A DNA stretch of 63,976 bases, counting the filler, from Thelocarpon superellum (taxonomy: Eukaryota), in assembly GCA_026025795.1 (NCBI GenBank). It is 2 parts of 2 records of this genome, joined end to end, with 100 filler letters (N's around TTAATTAATTAA, not from the genome) between each part and the next. Parts side by side here need not be neighbours in the genome. Positions count along the whole stretch, not along the records: positions 32,071 to 63,976 come from JAPEUG010000187.1; 1 more part is not named here. One strand, written 5' to 3'. Position 1 is the first letter of the stretch; each line of letters opens with the position of its first letter. Positions 59,517 to 63,976 of this stretch are shown here, piece after piece. The translations under genes and the position numbers were made by a program. The notes below the pieces were generated by a model that did no database searches, was not told where the DNA came from, and was given only the letters and a program-made list of their open reading frames with translations.

Positions 59517-61645
59517 ATGGCGTCCAGTGAGTGACATGGAGGGAACATGTGGATGGACCATGCTGACGATCGCCCGCCTAGATCGGGAAGAGCGATTCCG
59601 GACGCGTCAACGCGGTGCCGGGTTAGTTTTGTTCATCCCCTGGTCCTGGGATGGCGGCTGACAGTGTTGCTCAGAACACACAAGGTTGGAGAGGTCGATT
59701 TCGCCCTCGCTTTTCCTAGCGTCGAGAACGTTCGGCCGGGACAACAAGCCTCACCCGGCACACGACCTCAGCCAACGCCACGGGACCTGCGTACTGTCCC
59801 TTTGCCCACCTTAGCAGGGCGCCGTACTCCGCGTCTCCCATCTGCCAAGCGCGGCCGCCTCTCTGAACGAGGAGACACAGGACCGAATAAGTTGGCGTAT
59901 GTATCAACTCTAGCATCGGCTGGAGAAATCAGCCCGACCAAGCGGAGGAAACTCAATGGTACGTACTTCAGACATCGTCATGATTCTCTCGTGCTGAAGC
60001 CATACAAGTTACCGAATCCCCTCTGAACGACGAACAACCGCTACTTTTGGCTCAAGCATCGTCTCCGAGCCGTCTCCGGCTCCCAGATTCGGCCCCGTCG
60101 ACCAAGAGTGGCCCGCTTCGACCGAGAGACCACAATGTCTCGATCAACGTCTCCAGCCTGGCTGCCAGGCAATCGGCCGACGAGCTCACGGGGGAAGAGC
60201 ACTTCGACGACGAGAGTGAGGCGGGACATGTAGGAGAGGGTACTGAGTTGGCCGAGGCCTCTGTGGGCATGCCTACTACGTCTGGCATGCATGACGACCA
60301 AAAAGACAATTATGACGAGAGCAGAGGAGCCACGGGAGAGCAAGAGGGCCCAAGTATGATGGATGATCTACGGCTGGAAAGTGGAAATGGGCCAGCACAG
60401 ACTCCTACCCCTATCCGGAGACGGTCTCAGCGGCTATCGGCCCCCGGCTCGGGGCACCGCTCGACGCAGAAGGACGGCGAGGGCGTGAGTGCGTTCAAAC
60501 CCATCAACGCCGCTCTCTTATCGCGATTTGTCCGTCCCTCGGGTATTGGACCATATCACTCAGAGGAAGAGATGGAGAGCGACGGGGAAGACGATCTACA
60601 ATCACCATCCGTCCGCGCCAATCAACGCCGAAAACATCGCGAAAGCGTTCAAAGCGATGGCGAGGACATCCTTCAGTCACCCTCCGTGCACGACGTCGCC
60701 CCTCGCCAAGCACCTACGCCTGTACCCTCGATACGACCGCCAGCTCTTGTGCCACATCGACGCGTCGTGTCCAGCCAAGTTGAGCCTGTCGTGCGTCGAA
60801 AACGAGGTCGTCCACGGAAAGAGCAAGCCGTCCAACGACGGACGATGACTACGACCAAGAGATCGTCCAAGCCGATTCCTGTGCAAGTCCATCGACACCA
60901 TCTGTCGCGACCGGTAGCAGGAGATGCGGATGAAGCGGAGCAAGGCGTGGCCGACTCGATGTCGAACTTCATTCGACCCAGTGGTGTCAATGCTGTGGAC
61001 GTGCTGAGCCAGATCTGCCGCGAATACATCGACGCCGCCGTGGAAGCCATCCATCGACAAGGGCGCGAAGCCAAGAGCGAGGGACAGAAGAGCGAGATTA
61101 GACGGAAGCGAAGGGCCGTGGAGGCGTTCGGGCAAGAGCTGCACGAGCGATGCTTCGACATGACGGAGGCGCTGGACAACAACTATGCTCTGACCATGCG
61201 CGTCCGACGGGCCAACCGCGAAAAGATCGCGCTGCGAGACGAGCTGCTCCGGATCCGAGGGGAGCGGCAGTCCGTGGCGCTGGAGATGGACGAAGTGCAG
61301 CGCAACGTAGAGGGGAAGTTTCTAGTCGCGAAGGTAAGAGCCCCCATCCACCGACTACTGCGCGAAACTGACCAAGTCCCGAACCATTAGGAACAAGACG
61401 AGCTCAACAACAGCATCCACGACGTTGAGCTGGCGCTGCACCGCGGGCGCACGCTCGCTCAACAGCAGGGCGAAGACGACGACGAGCATGACGACGAGAG
61501 CGACATGGCCTACCTCGAGCTGCGCATCCAGGACGTCGCTCAAGCTGCCAGCTCGCGCGGCCAGGGTCCCGGTCTTCTTCAGGACGTCCAGGCCTTTAAT
61601 GCATTCTTGGAGAGGACTGCTGCCGTGCTCGAGGGGCAGGGTTGA
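59517..61645 (+). CDS. AT-hook protein, probable inner kinetochore Ame1/CENP-U-like (multi-exon)
   Basis: Spliced start MASNREERFRTRQRGAG, AT-hook RKRGRPRK, conserved NAVDVLSQIC...AFGQEL...ALDNNYAL coiled-coil, and last exon ending FNAFLERTAAVLE. Confidence 0.7.
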
Positions 61646-61956
61646 GCCATTGTGATTGAGGGACGGACGGGGTGTGCTTGTATGACGTTATGAAGGGGGC
61701 TGGCGTATACAGCAGCGAGCAGGACGAAGTCGATCCGGGATCAAGACTGATGAATGCATTCGTTCTTCATATGTTCATCATGGGAGGTGGTATGAGTAGA
61801 GGCCCGTTCCAGACGCCGTCCGATTCGCTCGGTAGATTTGGCACACTTGCGCCACGGCGAGGACCGGGTGCAACCTCTCCGTCGCCACCCCATCCAGCCA
61901 GCCACCAGCCACCCGCCACCATCCGACACCGTCAACGACGATCGCGAAACCTTGCA

Positions 61957-62447
61957 TCAGCGTTTCCGCTCAAACCAACCACTCGATCCCATAATCGCCA
62001 CGCTCTGGTCCATGATCCACTCGCCCATGCCCAGGTAATTGTCCACCCATCGCTTCAACTCTTTGCTCTCGGAGACCTTTTCCGTTTGTAGACTGGGGCT
62101 ATGGTCCCGGGTGACGGGGGGACTTGTCAGCGAAGACACACGTGGAGGGAGAGGGTGATGGAGCCTCGAAGGGCAGACGGGCGAGAGGGGACGGGGGCAA
62201 GAGCATACGTGAGACCCGTCGACCGCTTAACGCCAGCGAGGAAGGCGGAGACTAGAGTGCATCGGGTCAGGACGGACGTCTGCCCAGGATGCACGCGGAA
62301 AGACATACTGAGAACGGCGTCAAAGGCATAGTGGGTGATGCGTCCGAGCTAGAGAGGGACACAAGAGACGTCAGCATACTCTGTTCGACGCGCTGAGGCC
62401 CTGGCTCAACGTGAGAGAGGTGCGGGTACAGGTATACCCACCACCAT
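61957..62447 (-). CDS. Small DUF1748-family protein (~76 aa, 4 exons)
   Basis: Splicing gives MV-LGRITHYAFDAVL-ISAFLAGVKRSTGLT-PSLQTEKVSESKELKRWVDNYLGMGEWIMDQSVAIMGSSGWFERKR*. Confidence 0.85.
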
Positions 62448-63234
62448 GGCGGCGGATGACGACTGAGCGCGGAGAAGGGCAAAGGGAGAAGGGCGGGTGC
62501 CGAGGGGAGAGGGGACGGGATCGATGCAGACTCGACGGTCTCAAGCAAAGCTGGCGTCAAGTGACTGCGTCGCTTCGCCTGCGGGATGGCAGCAATGCAC
62601 GAGGTACACGGTCAGTCCACTTCTTTGTATGGGATGATTCAGGATCGATGATGCCTGCGGAGGTCAGATGTCGCGGCGTACTCGAGCGTCGGCGCTCGCC
62701 TGCCACTTGGTACGTGCACGTGAAGTCTCCGAGTTGAGGCCGTCGTCGCTGGAGGAACGGTTAGGTCACGTGATCTACCTGCACAATGTCGAAGCAGTTA
62801 CTGCTGTGTTCCAAGATGTGTTGTCCCAGCTACTTGCAGCTCCCTATTGAATCGCAGTAGTATCGATGAATTCAAGAGCCTCCATCACAACTTGTGGGTG
62901 GTCACGTATTTCACATATATGACTCGGGTGTCGCTGTACTCAAACCATGCATAGCATGCAATCAGAAGGCTGACTAGTGGGTCAAAAGACATCGGAGCTG
63001 TGCTAAGTGTGACAACGAAGTGTACAGCTAGGTGGAATCCTCAAGTTTTGTCTCTTGGGTTGCATATTAGGGGTGCAATAACAGGGTTTCAAGACGTATT
63101 CCTGACTCCGTCGTACCGGCTTGCGAGATTCGGTGCAACAAGTCACGTGTCGTTGCACGTGATATAACGTGACTCCTCCTTTTCCTGCAGCGAGGTGCAA
63201 GCTCCCCGGCTTCACACCACGTTTCAAGTCCATC

Positions 63235-63520
63235 TCAATCATTCCAACTGCTCCAGGAAGCACCCGCTCTGTTGACACAGATAGAAGATGCCCCGTTCCA
63301 GTAGCATTCTTGTTCTCCAGGACATTCGCTCTGTCATAGTGCACGTCTTAAACTTCTATCTGCAGAGAGGTTGCAAGAAGTATACAGCACTTACGTCGAA
63401 CTCACAACCAACATCTTGTCTCTCTTCCAGAAGATTGTTCGCCTGCCCACGTGCTGGAATAGGTGTTGCGACAACATTGGCGATAGTCATAAGAAGGGAG
63501 AAGAAAAGTGTGAGCTTCAT
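63235..63520 (-). CDS. Small secreted cysteine-containing peptide precursor (73 aa; exons 63520-63395, 63330-63235)
   Basis: MKLTLFFSLLMTIANVVA signal, TPIP...LEER propeptide, QDVGCEFD, 64-nt intron gtaagt...gacag, then SECPGEQECYWNGASSICVNRAGASWSSWND*. Confidence 0.7.
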
Positions 63521-63976
63521 GGTGATTGGCGTTGTGATTGTCTTAGAAAGGCTGTTCGTAACGGCAGGCGATACCGACGTTGCTGGTGACAAGATTGATA
63601 CTCCACGTTGGGATGTTGTAGGTTGTAGAAGAGTATCTTGAAATTATCAAGCGACTGTTGAAGAGGAGAACGTAGATATTATAGCAATTTTCTTGCTTAT
63701 AACTGTAACTCTTCCACGTCTTCCGATACTCAGGCTATTTTTAACGAGCGTCACGTTCTTTCACAAACCCCTTCGTTGTTTTACAACTGGATAATCTGAC
63801 TTTCTCATGCTCAGTCAAATTGCACGGGCGCTAAGCAAGCAAAAAGCACGCTGTCTCGCATGATATTTGATGATCAGCGTTTCAAATTGGGAACTTGAAT
63901 CAGATCTTTCCAGGAGTCGACTTATGGCTTTAACGGAGGTAATAATAGCCTCAGAGCTTAAAGTCCAAGGCTCCAG

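Overview
Eukaryotic DNA from a GC-rich, gene-dense filamentous ascomycete (Pezizomycotina-type genes, short ~50-65 nt GT-AG introns). The window is two pieces joined by an artificial 100-nt spacer (N44-TTAATTAATTAA-N44, 31971-32070), so adjacency across it is not biological evidence. Left piece: a CFEM-cupredoxin-GPI fusion gene, a DUF3712 gene and a second paralogous CFEM gene; a Prp2/Cdc28-type splicing helicase; a large DNMT5-type C5-methyltransferase-SNF2-RING gene; a 2H phosphoesterase; RPL42; a P450; a secreted App1-like protein; an 808-bp non-autonomous DNA transposon; and a PTR2 peptide transporter. Right piece: mostly housekeeping genes (SPT5, COX10, RPN2, CET1, MPDU1, MED8, nudC, mitochondrial AspRS, AP180-like, a twin-CX9C protein, AME1-like, DUF1748) and a small spliced secreted 4-Cys peptide gene missed by the ORF track. 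The strongest signals are (1) the transposon with TAC..GTA ends, a 7-bp TSD and CpG-specific (not CpA/RIP-type) erosion, on the same contig as a DNMT5 gene, and (2) the CFEM/cupredoxin/DUF3712 surface cluster with an altered copper site. All exon boundaries were read by eye and no searches were run.
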